NCBI GenBank assembly: GCA_038890745.1
Contig: JAWAFD010000002.1
Location: 32,001 to 96,000, forward strand
DNA from: Candidatus Anstonellales archaeon
GTDB lineage: Archaea > Micrarchaeota > Micrarchaeia > Anstonellales > J096
DNA: 64,000 nt
Direction of reading: 5' to 3'
Under the pieces are notes generated by a model, which was given only the letters and a program-made list of their open reading frames with translations, had not been told where the DNA came from and did not search any database. Shown here one piece after another: positions 17,212 through 25,773 of this stretch; the first letter of the stretch is position 1; each line of letters opens with the position of its first letter. The position numbers and the translations under genes are program-made.

Positions 17212-18000
17212 ATGCACCCCATAATCATTTTTTCCTCAAAAAACATCGCGAGCAAAAACATAGCCGAGCATCTTATTAAACTTGGTTTTGAAAAAACAGG
17301 AGAAAACGAATGGAAATACAAAAACATTCGCATGATTGATACGAAGGTTGATTCTATTCTTAGTGTGCCAACAGATTTTGAGGAGGATTACATAATTGTT
17401 TTGAGCTCTCATAAAAGCGAGATGTCCCTACCTACCTTAACCGTTCATATTCCTGGCAACTGGGATTCTGCTGATTTTGGAGGCGAGCCAAGAACCCTGA
17501 ACGTAGCCTATGCAGGAAAGATGCTGCAGATTTTGAAGGGTTTGAAAAAATACGGATCCGAACTAGAAAAACAGGGATGGTATATTTGCTATGAAGTAGA
17601 CCATCATGGGCCTACCTGCAAAAAACCTATAATGTTTGTTGAGATAGGGAGTATGGAAAAGGAATGGATAAACGAACATGCCGGTGAGGTGGTTGCGAAA
17701 TCTGTTTTTGATGCAATAAGCAAAGATGAGGATCAAGCGTTTTGCTATTTTGGGGTTGGGGGAGGGCACTATGCACCTAAGTTTACAAAACTTGCCCTAG
17801 AAAAAAATTTTGCTTTTGGCCATATGCTTCCAAAATCTCGGGCGGGCAGCGTAGGAGAGGACACCTTCAAACAAGCAATAGAAAAAAATGTTGAAAAACT
17901 AAAGGCGATTGTTCTGGATTGGAAAGGGTTGAATAAGGAACAAAAAGATAGAGTTATTGAGTTGGCAAAAAAGTTCAATCTTGAGGTAATACGGGAATAA
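17212..18000 (+). CDS. dtdA: D-aminoacyl-tRNA deacylase (archaeal DTD2)
   Basis: SSHKS, LTVHIPGN, EVDHHGP, FVEIGS, GGGHYAPKF. Confidence 0.92.
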   Translation: MHPIIIFSSKNIASKNIAEHLIKLGFEKTGENEWKYKNIRMIDTKVDSILSVPTDFEEDYIIVLSSHKSEMSLPTLTVHIPGNWDSADFGGEPRTLNVAYAGKMLQILKGLKKYGSELEKQGWYICYEVDHHGPTCKKPIMFVEIGSMEKEWINEHAGEVVAKSVFDAISKDEDQAFCYFGVGGGHYAPKFTKLALEKNFAFGHMLPKSRAGSVGEDTFKQAIEKNVEKLKAIVLDWKGLNKEQKDRVIELAKKFNLEVIRE

Positions 18001-18056
18001 ACTAAAAATAAAGAAAGTGTTTTAATATTTGCCATGCTCATATTTTTGGTGAGAAA

Positions 18057-19163
18057 ATGAGAAACCCGGCAGTATTGTTTATTTTGTTGATGCTTTTTTC
18101 CGGATGTATCCAGCAGAGCGGGAATGTTTACATGACTTACGATATAACAGAGTGCAGCAAGGAAGAGCCTACTGGGATGAGTGTTGAGAAAGCCGGTGAT
18201 GTGATATACATAAAACAGGTTGAGAGCTATGTTTGCTGCGCTAATATTACTCTTGCAATGAACACAACTGGAAAAACAATAAAGATTTATGAAGAGAATG
18301 TCGGGGAGATGTGCAGGTGCATCTGCCCATTCAGAGCAAATATTTATCTCTACAACGCAACCGATTTTGAGAACATAGAAATCTATGGAATAAAATTCAG
18401 GGATGTCTATGGGTATGAACTTATGCACAACTATTCGCTTTTGCAAAACATAAGTAAGAATGAATCAGAAGAAAACAAAACAGATGAAAAGTTCTGCAAT
18501 GTTGATAGCGATTGCGCATGCGGTGTCCATAAGATTAGTGGGGAATGTTTTTTTGGAAACAAAAAATATGTTGATGAAACAATCCAATGTCCTGATTTCT
18601 GCACAGGGATAGCTGGAAACCTTGAGATAAGATGCGAAAATAACATGTGCGTGCAAAAGCAAAAACGCGTCATCGGGATTCCGAACCCGGCTTCTGTTTA
18701 TTGCGAGGAACATGGCGGAACCCTTGAAATAAGAAAGGATGAGAAAGGCGGCGAGTATGGCGTTTGTATTTTTGGTGATGGGAGCGAATGCGAAGAGTGG
18801 GCTTTTTACAGGGGGGAGTGCCATCCCGGAGAAAGGTTCTGCAAGGACATGTGCGGGGATGGAACATGCCAGGAGGTTGTTTGCATGGCTGTTGGCTGTC
18901 CATGTCCAGAGACGCCAGAAACATGCCCGCAGGATTGCAGAAGCAGCATCATAGCAGAGTGCAGTTCTGATTTGGATTGTGTTCATGTTCCTTCATGCTG
19001 CCATCAGCAATCCACGGAATGCGTTCCTAGATTTCAAGTTAAAGAATATCCAAATTGCGATGGGGTTGCATGCACTTTGGAGTGCAGGCAGTGCACAGAA
19101 TGCAGGTGTGTAGGTGGAAGATGCGAAACCATTCCTTTACCCATCGATATGTGCTGCGGCTGA
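18057..19163 (+). CDS. Cys-rich surface lipoprotein with a DUF333 domain
   Basis: Lipobox LFSGC; NPASVYCEEHGG...CEEWAFYRGEC (DUF333); several additional Cys clusters. Confidence 0.8.
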   Translation: MRNPAVLFILLMLFSGCIQQSGNVYMTYDITECSKEEPTGMSVEKAGDVIYIKQVESYVCCANITLAMNTTGKTIKIYEENVGEMCRCICPFRANIYLYNATDFENIEIYGIKFRDVYGYELMHNYSLLQNISKNESEENKTDEKFCNVDSDCACGVHKISGECFFGNKKYVDETIQCPDFCTGIAGNLEIRCENNMCVQKQKRVIGIPNPASVYCEEHGGTLEIRKDEKGGEYGVCIFGDGSECEEWAFYRGECHPGERFCKDMCGDGTCQEVVCMAVGCPCPETPETCPQDCRSSIIAECSSDLDCVHVPSCCHQQSTECVPRFQVKEYPNCDGVACTLECRQCTECRCVGGRCETIPLPIDMCCG

Positions 19164-19664
19164 GCTGGTTTCAAATCTACTAGAAAGAAAATAGACCAGC
19201 TTGTGGTCGTATCTAGAGAACATTTTGATTATCTCCTCCTTGTTTTTTAATCTTATGAACCCGCTGCTTAAGTAAAGTTTAATAGCACGGCGGTTATTCC
19301 TATGGGATGCTATAACAGCAGTTTTATTTTTTTTCGAAGCAATCTTCTGCAAATGATCAAGTATGAGCTTGCCGATTCCTCTTCCCCACAGATCGCTCCT
19401 TACCCATAGGCTCAGCTCTGCAAAGTGTTCTTTAATTTTTATACCTCCAAACCCAACCACTCCCATACCCTTTTTTCGATAAACGTAATAGCAGCTTTTA
19501 TCTTTACTCATTTCTCTGATTAGCTTAATTAGATATCTCTTTTCTTCTTCTAGGCTTTTAGGATATGGTGATTTAAGATACAAAAAAATCTCTGGAGAAA
19601 GGGCCGTATATAGTTCCTTAGCATCCGTTACCTTCAATCTCCTTGGCCTTATTTTTATCTGCAT
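19137..19664 (-). CDS. GNAT N-acetyltransferase (RimJ/RimL-like)
   Basis: AELSLWVRSDLWGRGIGK acetyl-CoA motif and NRRAIKLYLSSGF. Confidence 0.85.
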   Translation of the reverse strand: MQIKIRPRRLKVTDAKELYTALSPEIFLYLKSPYPKSLEEEKRYLIKLIREMSKDKSCYYVYRKKGMGVVGFGGIKIKEHFAELSLWVRSDLWGRGIGKLILDHLQKIASKKNKTAVIASHRNNRRAIKLYLSSGFIRLKNKEEIIKMFSRYDHKLVYFLSSRFETSSAAAHIDG

Positions 19665-21874
19665 GGTAACCCCTTTTTATACAAATCTGAGATATGGGTT
19701 AAGTTATTCCAATAGAAAAACAATAAATTATTTTCTGTGGTTTCTGGAAGAACTTTCTTTAATGCAGCTCTGGTATAGATAGGATCGATGTCGTAAAGGC
19801 AGTCAATGATTTCATCCGAGAGAGTTGTGTATATCTGGTCATTTTTCGCAAAAAGGTTTTCGAGTCTTAATCGCTGTAGCAGAGCCTTCAGCCCTTCTTT
19901 TTCTAAAAACTGCGTCTTTGGGGGTTTGGAATATTTTAATTTATGAAACATTTGAATACTTCGTTCGACATTCTCTGAGAATTTTATAGCAAATATTTTT
20001 GCAGTTGTATCGTCTAAATCGTCTAATCGGAAATAAAAATTGATGACCTTGATAAAAGCTATGAACTCTTTTTTCGTTAGTTCGGTGTCAATAATTTTAG
20101 ATAAAAGCAGCAAATAATTTTTTATTTCACTTGTCTCAAAGTCTCTTGTCGCTTCGTGCAGGCATTCTAGAACCATTGTCCTTTTGCAAAGTATCTCAAA
20201 AAATTCTGCTTTGAACATTTTATTTGCGAGTTGTCTTCGCTGCTCTAAAAAGAGCTTGTAAAAAGAGAGAACCTCGTTTTCATCAAACAAATTCTTACTA
20301 TGGGCGATTATTGAATACCATCTTAGATAATCTATCGTTCTTTGTAATCCAATGGCTTTTTTAATTAAGTCTGTTGGTAAAACTTTTGTTTTGTCTATGC
20401 TTTTGATCTCTTCTTGAAGTATCTTTTCGAACAGATATCCTTCAAAAAGCCCTTCTATTAAGTATGCCCGTGAAAATTCTGGCGCTAGTCTACTAAGTTT
20501 TTTATATAGTTGTTCTTTTGTCAGATTATCAAGATTAGAATCAAGTAGCATTGAGACAAATTTCATGTTAAGTCCGTAACCAAAATCCTCTTTTGTAAAA
20601 ATCTTTAGATCGACTTTTTTCTCCTGGATTGGCTTGATGAATAAGTTCGCATTATTTTCAATGCCTGGAATTAGAATCATATCTCTGTCCGTGAAGATTG
20701 TACTGGCCGCGGAGGGGCAGACCATTTCGCTTCCAGTGTCGTACAACTTTGTTTTCCTTGGAAAGATTGTATAATCTAACACCGCGCATACTAATCCAAA
20801 CTCAGATATAATCTCATACAAATTATGGAGATTTGTTTTTTTAAAGAGGTCGATAGCTCTGCTTGTTGCTAAAACGATCGCCTTTACCTTGTTAAAATCA
20901 TAGAACACCATATTGTTTAAATTAAGTTTTCGTGAACCTTCAGTAAATGGTGTTGTAAAGTGATAGGGAAAAGTATTATTTATCCAATGCGAGATATTTA
21001 TTATTTTATTGCAAATTTTCATTACTTCCTTTATGTCGCTGTCCGTTATCTTAATTTCCTTACCTTTTGCTTTTGTGGTATAATATAAAGTTAGAACATT
21101 AAAAAATAAAGGCCAGTTTGTTTTATCTAGTGTAGCCGCGTTAAGCAGATCAGTGGTATCTATTCCCTTTCTCCAGATCCCAATCTTTTCTCTATCTAGA
21201 ATTAGTATCGGATGAATAAAAATATTATAATGATCTTGCAGTTTGCCTTTTGAATTTATCAATTTGAGGGCCTTCGTTGGCCATGCACCAATAATGTTTC
21301 CACCTAAAACAAATGTATCAATCTCATCGAATATGCAAGGAAGAGCTATGTCGATAAATTCTTGGGTCACATACAAACCGTCTTCTATTTCAAAAGGCGT
21401 TTGTTTTTTTTTGTTGACTATGTTTAATTTTTGTGCCGTCTCTAAAGAATACCGTAAATCAGATTCGAACTGCCTTCCAAATATTAGGTTTACTTCGATA
21501 TCACCCTCTTGAAGTGGGGTCAGGATCATTGTTTCTCCGTATTTTTTAAAAGAGAGCTCAGCTAACTTTCTAATTTCTTTTATAAAATAAGATTCATTTT
21601 CAACATCCAAAATTTCTGTGTTATGGCATTCGTTTTCTGTTAGAGTTTTTTTAATGGTCTCAACTAATGGATAATCAGAAACTTTTCTGAATGGTAGCAA
21701 TAAACTTTTTCTTGTCATGCGCGCTATTGCTGCAGCATTTTTGAGAGTTAGAAGCTGACCAAGGTGCAATCCAGATATGCTTAGTAAAGTAGGAATAACG
21801 GTCCTCATAACAATATACTGCCTGTTGCGAAATATAAGGGTTTGCATGGCAGTAACTGTGGGGCATAATTCCAA
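19655..21874 (-). CDS. Degenerate class Ia (ValRS-like) aminoacyl-tRNA synthetase paralog with an unknown C-terminal domain
   Basis: VIP..SGLHLGQ (HIGH-like), DTFVLGGNIIGAW, IFIHPIL..REKIGIWRKGID (KMSKS position), GKEIKI..ICNKIINISHWI. Start may be ATG 21847. Confidence 0.7.
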   Translation of the reverse strand: MELCPTVTAMQTLIFRNRQYIVMRTVIPTLLSISGLHLGQLLTLKNAAAIARMTRKSLLLPFRKVSDYPLVETIKKTLTENECHNTEILDVENESYFIKEIRKLAELSFKKYGETMILTPLQEGDIEVNLIFGRQFESDLRYSLETAQKLNIVNKKKQTPFEIEDGLYVTQEFIDIALPCIFDEIDTFVLGGNIIGAWPTKALKLINSKGKLQDHYNIFIHPILILDREKIGIWRKGIDTTDLLNAATLDKTNWPLFFNVLTLYYTTKAKGKEIKITDSDIKEVMKICNKIINISHWINNTFPYHFTTPFTEGSRKLNLNNMVFYDFNKVKAIVLATSRAIDLFKKTNLHNLYEIISEFGLVCAVLDYTIFPRKTKLYDTGSEMVCPSAASTIFTDRDMILIPGIENNANLFIKPIQEKKVDLKIFTKEDFGYGLNMKFVSMLLDSNLDNLTKEQLYKKLSRLAPEFSRAYLIEGLFEGYLFEKILQEEIKSIDKTKVLPTDLIKKAIGLQRTIDYLRWYSIIAHSKNLFDENEVLSFYKLFLEQRRQLANKMFKAEFFEILCKRTMVLECLHEATRDFETSEIKNYLLLLSKIIDTELTKKEFIAFIKVINFYFRLDDLDDTTAKIFAIKFSENVERSIQMFHKLKYSKPPKTQFLEKEGLKALLQRLRLENLFAKNDQIYTTLSDEIIDCLYDIDPIYTRAALKKVLPETTENNLLFFYWNNLTHISDLYKKGLPCR

Positions 21875-21952
21875 TTAAAAAGATGCTTGGTTGGGAGTTG
21901 CATAGATGTTGCCTTGGCGAGTAGATTGTGCATTTATCTGTGTAGACCTATG

Positions 21953-22783
21953 CTACGTAATCTGCTCAAACTCGATCCGGACTAAATTTACCTCACAGCC
22001 TGTTATCAGAATGGAAACCCCGAGTGCAAAGCAATACACCCCAAACCACCAAAACCTTCCTTCCTTTATCATCCCAATCAAAAACTTCATAGAGAGATAT
22101 CCAACAATCGCAGAAACAAAAAACCCAGCAAGAACAGAAATTAGATTCTGCTGAATAAATTCAACTGAAGCACTCTCCATTCCCTCAAAAATTCCTGCTC
22201 CTACTATTGCAGGTATGGAGAGTAAGAACGAAAATCTAGCAATGTTTGTTTTGTCATTTCCTAGCAGCATTCCCGCTGCAATGGTAGAGCCGCTTCTTGA
22301 AATACCGGGCGCAACAGCAAAGCCCTGGAACATCCCCATGATAAGCGCATCAAAATAGGAGGGTTTTTTTCCTTTTATTGTTTTTGCTTTTTCGCCTACA
22401 AACAGAAGCAGGGCGGTTATCATTAGCGCAATCCCAACATATCTTATCTCAAAAAACATTCCCTCAAAAAAGTTCTTAAACGCAAAACCTATCACTGCGG
22501 TTGGGATGGAGGCAATAATGGTCATGAAAAATAGTTTTATTCCATAATTAATTTTCTTTGTTTTTACCCCATCAATAATCCCGGAAATAATTTGAAAAAT
22601 CTCATCTTTCAAAAAAACAACCGCCGCGAGTAAGGTGCCGATATGCAAAACAATATCAAACATTACAGGAACTTCCAAACCAAAAAAATTCTGAGCTATC
22701 GCAAGATGGCCTGAGGAGCTAACTGGAAGCCATTCCGTAATTCCCTGCAAAACCCCAAGCAAGATCGCGTAAAGAACATCCAT
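21953..22783 (-). CDS. uppP: Undecaprenyl/polyprenyl-diphosphate phosphatase (BacA family)
   Basis: QGITEWLPVSSSGHL, PGISRSGSTI, FSFLLSIP. Confidence 0.95.
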   Translation of the reverse strand: MDVLYAILLGVLQGITEWLPVSSSGHLAIAQNFFGLEVPVMFDIVLHIGTLLAAVVFLKDEIFQIISGIIDGVKTKKINYGIKLFFMTIIASIPTAVIGFAFKNFFEGMFFEIRYVGIALMITALLLFVGEKAKTIKGKKPSYFDALIMGMFQGFAVAPGISRSGSTIAAGMLLGNDKTNIARFSFLLSIPAIVGAGIFEGMESASVEFIQQNLISVLAGFFVSAIVGYLSMKFLIGMIKEGRFWWFGVYCFALGVSILITGCEVNLVRIEFEQIT

Positions 22784-22786
22784 GCT

Positions 22787-23797
22787 CTATATCCCCAACG
22801 GATTATCCATCTTTCTTTTTTCAAGAAATTTTTCTATCCCAAAAATTTTTAGTATGTTTACTCCAAAATTGAACATTTCTGTTGGGAGGGTTTCATTTAT
22901 TTTTTGCAAAACATTAAACTGCGTAAGCGCCAGTCCATACCTTCTTCTCCACTCTCTTTCATACCCCTCCGGTCTTTCAATATATTGCGCAGAAAGCTCA
23001 GCAGTTCTCAAACCATACGCAAGCCCTCCTCCGCTGAATGCCTTCACATGCCCAGCAGCATCCCCTACAAGCAGAACATTCCTTCCATTTTTTTTCATTC
23101 CAGTTTTTCTCCTAACGGCTATGGGAATTATTGCGCTTTCCTCCACTCTTGTTTTTATTCCGATTTCTTTTGTGAATTTTTCAAATGCTGCATTCACGTT
23201 GTTTGGCAAAACAACCCCACACCCAACCTCCTGCATTTTTCCTTGGTCAACAATCCAAGAAAAAAACCCTTTTGTGTATTCATTAAAATAGAGATGGACG
23301 CTTTCTTTATCTATAATCTCCTCATTTACTTTTGCTATCGCTGCTGAAACAAACTTTTCAATCTTCGGAAACCCAAAATTTTTTGCAACAACAGAGTTCG
23401 CCCCATCTGCGCCGATAATATTTTTTGATTTGTACTGCGACAATCTTTCGATTCTTCTTCCGTATTCTACTGTCGCGCCCCGCCTTTCAGCCTCCTTTGC
23501 CAGCAAAAAATCCATCTTTTTTCTATCGATTACGTAAGCTCCTTCCCTATGTTTTATTTCTAATTTTGTTTTTCCAAAATGGAAAACCGCCTTTTTTATT
23601 CTCTGCAGACCTATTCTTTCAGTTTTTATGTATTTTTGCAAGAATTCGAGGGTCTCTTTTGAGACAAGCCCGGTGCATATAGTGTTCGCACCAGGTTTTT
23701 TCTCCTGCTCGGAAGCATAAACCTCATACCCATTACGGAGTGCGGAGAGGGCAGCAACAGAACCAGAACAACCAAGCCCAACGATATGTACATTCAT
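22787..23797 (-). CDS. Geranylgeranyl reductase-family FAD oxidoreductase
   Basis: GLGCSG Rossmann motif, IGADGANS, FFSWIV, LVGDAAG..GGG. Confidence 0.82.
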   Translation of the reverse strand: MNVHIVGLGCSGSVAALSALRNGYEVYASEQEKKPGANTICTGLVSKETLEFLQKYIKTERIGLQRIKKAVFHFGKTKLEIKHREGAYVIDRKKMDFLLAKEAERRGATVEYGRRIERLSQYKSKNIIGADGANSVVAKNFGFPKIEKFVSAAIAKVNEEIIDKESVHLYFNEYTKGFFSWIVDQGKMQEVGCGVVLPNNVNAAFEKFTKEIGIKTRVEESAIIPIAVRRKTGMKKNGRNVLLVGDAAGHVKAFSGGGLAYGLRTAELSAQYIERPEGYEREWRRRYGLALTQFNVLQKINETLPTEMFNFGVNILKIFGIEKFLEKRKMDNPLGI

Positions 23798-24189
23798 TTT
23801 TTCATCCTTTTCAACGCATCCATTAAGATTTTATTATGGTCAAAAGCAAGCTTAATTTTTTTCGCTTTCTCAACATCAAACCATCTCACTTCCTCAGCAT
23901 CATCGCTTGCTTTTAATTTCCCGCCGGTAATCCGGCATAAAAACGCAACCCCAACAATTTTTCTTGGGTCCCTTTTTGGGTCAGAATAAACCCCAACTAA
24001 TTTTTGTAATTTTACCCTAAGCCCGGTTTCTTCCATACATTCCCTTTTTGCGCATTCCTCTATTGTTTCGTTCTCCTCTAGCCTCCCCCCGGGAAAGGCC
24101 CACATTCCTTTGAATGGTTCATTTTTTCTTTTAACCAAAAGCACAGAATTATCTTTTATTATTATAATATCAGCGGCTATGGGGCGCAT
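23794..24189 (-). CDS. NUDIX hydrolase
   Basis: Nudix box GGRLEENETIEECAKRECMEETGL; LAFDH. Confidence 0.92.
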   Translation of the reverse strand: MRPIAADIIIIKDNSVLLVKRKNEPFKGMWAFPGGRLEENETIEECAKRECMEETGLRVKLQKLVGVYSDPKRDPRKIVGVAFLCRITGGKLKASDDAEEVRWFDVEKAKKIKLAFDHNKILMDALKRMKK

Positions 24190-24238
24190 GGGGAGTGTAG
24201 AGCAACATAATTTTTAAATTTGCAGGGCATATACACAC

Positions 24239-25465
24239 ATGCGAGTTTTTTATTTTGCTGCTCTCCTTCTCATTTTTTCATTTGCGTTTTGCGCAGATGC
24301 AGAAAATGTTCCATCAGAGGAGGAGCTTATAAAAATTTATGAAGAGAATTTTGCCGACGCGAGCATAGAGGATTTTATAGTTGTTGAGGGAAGCGGCCTG
24401 AGCACAGCAGAGGTTGCGGCCATTGAGTATATAAAATCGCAGTATCCTGAGTTTGTGCCATACTACCATCCTCTCAATGATAGTGAACACTCATTTCAGG
24501 TTGTTAAAAATGCCCCGCAGGATAAGATAATCATCCTCGTTGGTGGGCCCAGCCAGAATAGAGTATCAGAAAAAATTATTTCCTTGGGCTGGGTGAAAGA
24601 AGAGAGCAAGGCAACATACTATACTCAGCTGGTTGTTCAGAATGGAACAAACCCAAATGGAGCAAAAATATTCATCTTTTCAGATAAAAAAGGGTACAGC
24701 AATCTTCCGAGAAAAAGTGTGGAGTACTCTCCTCTTTCAAAAGTTATTCCGCCGGAATACGTGCCCCCAGCAGCAACTGGAATAAGCGCAATCCTCCTCC
24801 ATGTTTTCAACCTCGGCCAGACCATGCTTGAAGAGTCTCTGGAGGAGTTTGGAAAGAAAAAAAAGAAAAAAGGGAAGAAAAAAGAGAGCTTGATAAAAAA
24901 ATATGGGATGGAAATCCTTTCTTTTCTCCTAGCCTCATTCATCCTTGCGATTGGGGTGACATGGACCTTTGTCGGGGCGAGTTTGATGTTTATCCCATAT
25001 CTTATCCTTAATATGGCAGTGTGTTTCTTCATCATCCTAACCTACGATGGTTTTAGATGGGTTGCAGCAAAAATACTCGGAATACCCGCAGAGTATATTT
25101 TCTGGCCTGCAGGTGCATTAATAACGCTCGTAAGTAGTTTCCTTGGAAATCCTTTCGGGCTTTCGGGCGTTTTGGTTGAGGAGACAGAAAAAATAAAAGC
25201 AAAATGGAAGGTTGGAATAATGAATCTGGCGGCATCCTTTTTCAGCATTTTTATAGCAGCTGTTTTTTTCTTAATAAACTTCCTTTTTCCATTCGAACTT
25301 TTCCAGATGGTATTTAGCGCCTCCTCAACGATAGCTATGGTCAGCATGCTTCCTATCGGTTCGCTCGGTGGAAATGAGATAAGGAAGTGGAATTTATTTG
25401 TATGGTTTTTTGGATTTGTTTTTGTTTTCGGGGTTTATGCTGTGATTACTTTCTTGATCATCTAG
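24239..25465 (+). CDS. S-layer-like ectodomain fused to a catalytically degenerate M50 (site-2 protease) domain
   Basis: Signal peptide; IILVGGPSQN. The C-terminal region follows the archaeal M50 layout, but HExxH reads YDGFR and NxxPxxxLDG reads SMLPIGSLGG. Confidence 0.7.
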   Translation: MRVFYFAALLLIFSFAFCADAENVPSEEELIKIYEENFADASIEDFIVVEGSGLSTAEVAAIEYIKSQYPEFVPYYHPLNDSEHSFQVVKNAPQDKIIILVGGPSQNRVSEKIISLGWVKEESKATYYTQLVVQNGTNPNGAKIFIFSDKKGYSNLPRKSVEYSPLSKVIPPEYVPPAATGISAILLHVFNLGQTMLEESLEEFGKKKKKKGKKKESLIKKYGMEILSFLLASFILAIGVTWTFVGASLMFIPYLILNMAVCFFIILTYDGFRWVAAKILGIPAEYIFWPAGALITLVSSFLGNPFGLSGVLVEETEKIKAKWKVGIMNLAASFFSIFIAAVFFLINFLFPFELFQMVFSASSTIAMVSMLPIGSLGGNEIRKWNLFVWFFGFVFVFGVYAVITFLII

Positions 25466-25512
25466 CCTCTCTAAACAAAACCATTAAAAACATTAATTCC
25501 TAAGTTATCATC

Positions 25513-25761
25513 ATGCTGTTTGAGATAGTAGCATTCATTCTTGCCCTTCTGCTCGTTGCGGCCGTATTCAAATTTATATACGAGTTCAGCTGGAAAAAAC
25601 TTATTCTGAATGCAATAGCCGGCTTTCTTTCTCTCCTCATACTCAATCTCTTTGGAATCGGAATCCCGATAAATCTCCTTACGATATTCATAATTGCAGT
25701 AACAGGAATGGTCGGGCTGATCATAATCCTCCTTTTTCATTTTTTTGGCATTGCGTTCTGA
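25513..25761 (+). CDS. BofA-like small membrane protein
   Basis: KLILNAIAG..LNLFGIGIPINLLT..AVTGMVG pattern of the pro-sigmaK inhibitor BofA family. Confidence 0.75.
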   Translation: MLFEIVAFILALLLVAAVFKFIYEFSWKKLILNAIAGFLSLLILNLFGIGIPINLLTIFIIAVTGMVGLIIILLFHFFGIAF

Positions 25762-25773
25762 AAGGGGAGAGGT

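Noticed and set aside
24850..24900. A-rich run encoding KKKKKKGKKK as a phase-variation tract
   Set aside because: The run is interrupted by G and the frame is intact; it is best explained as a basic cytoplasmic linker next to a TM helix.
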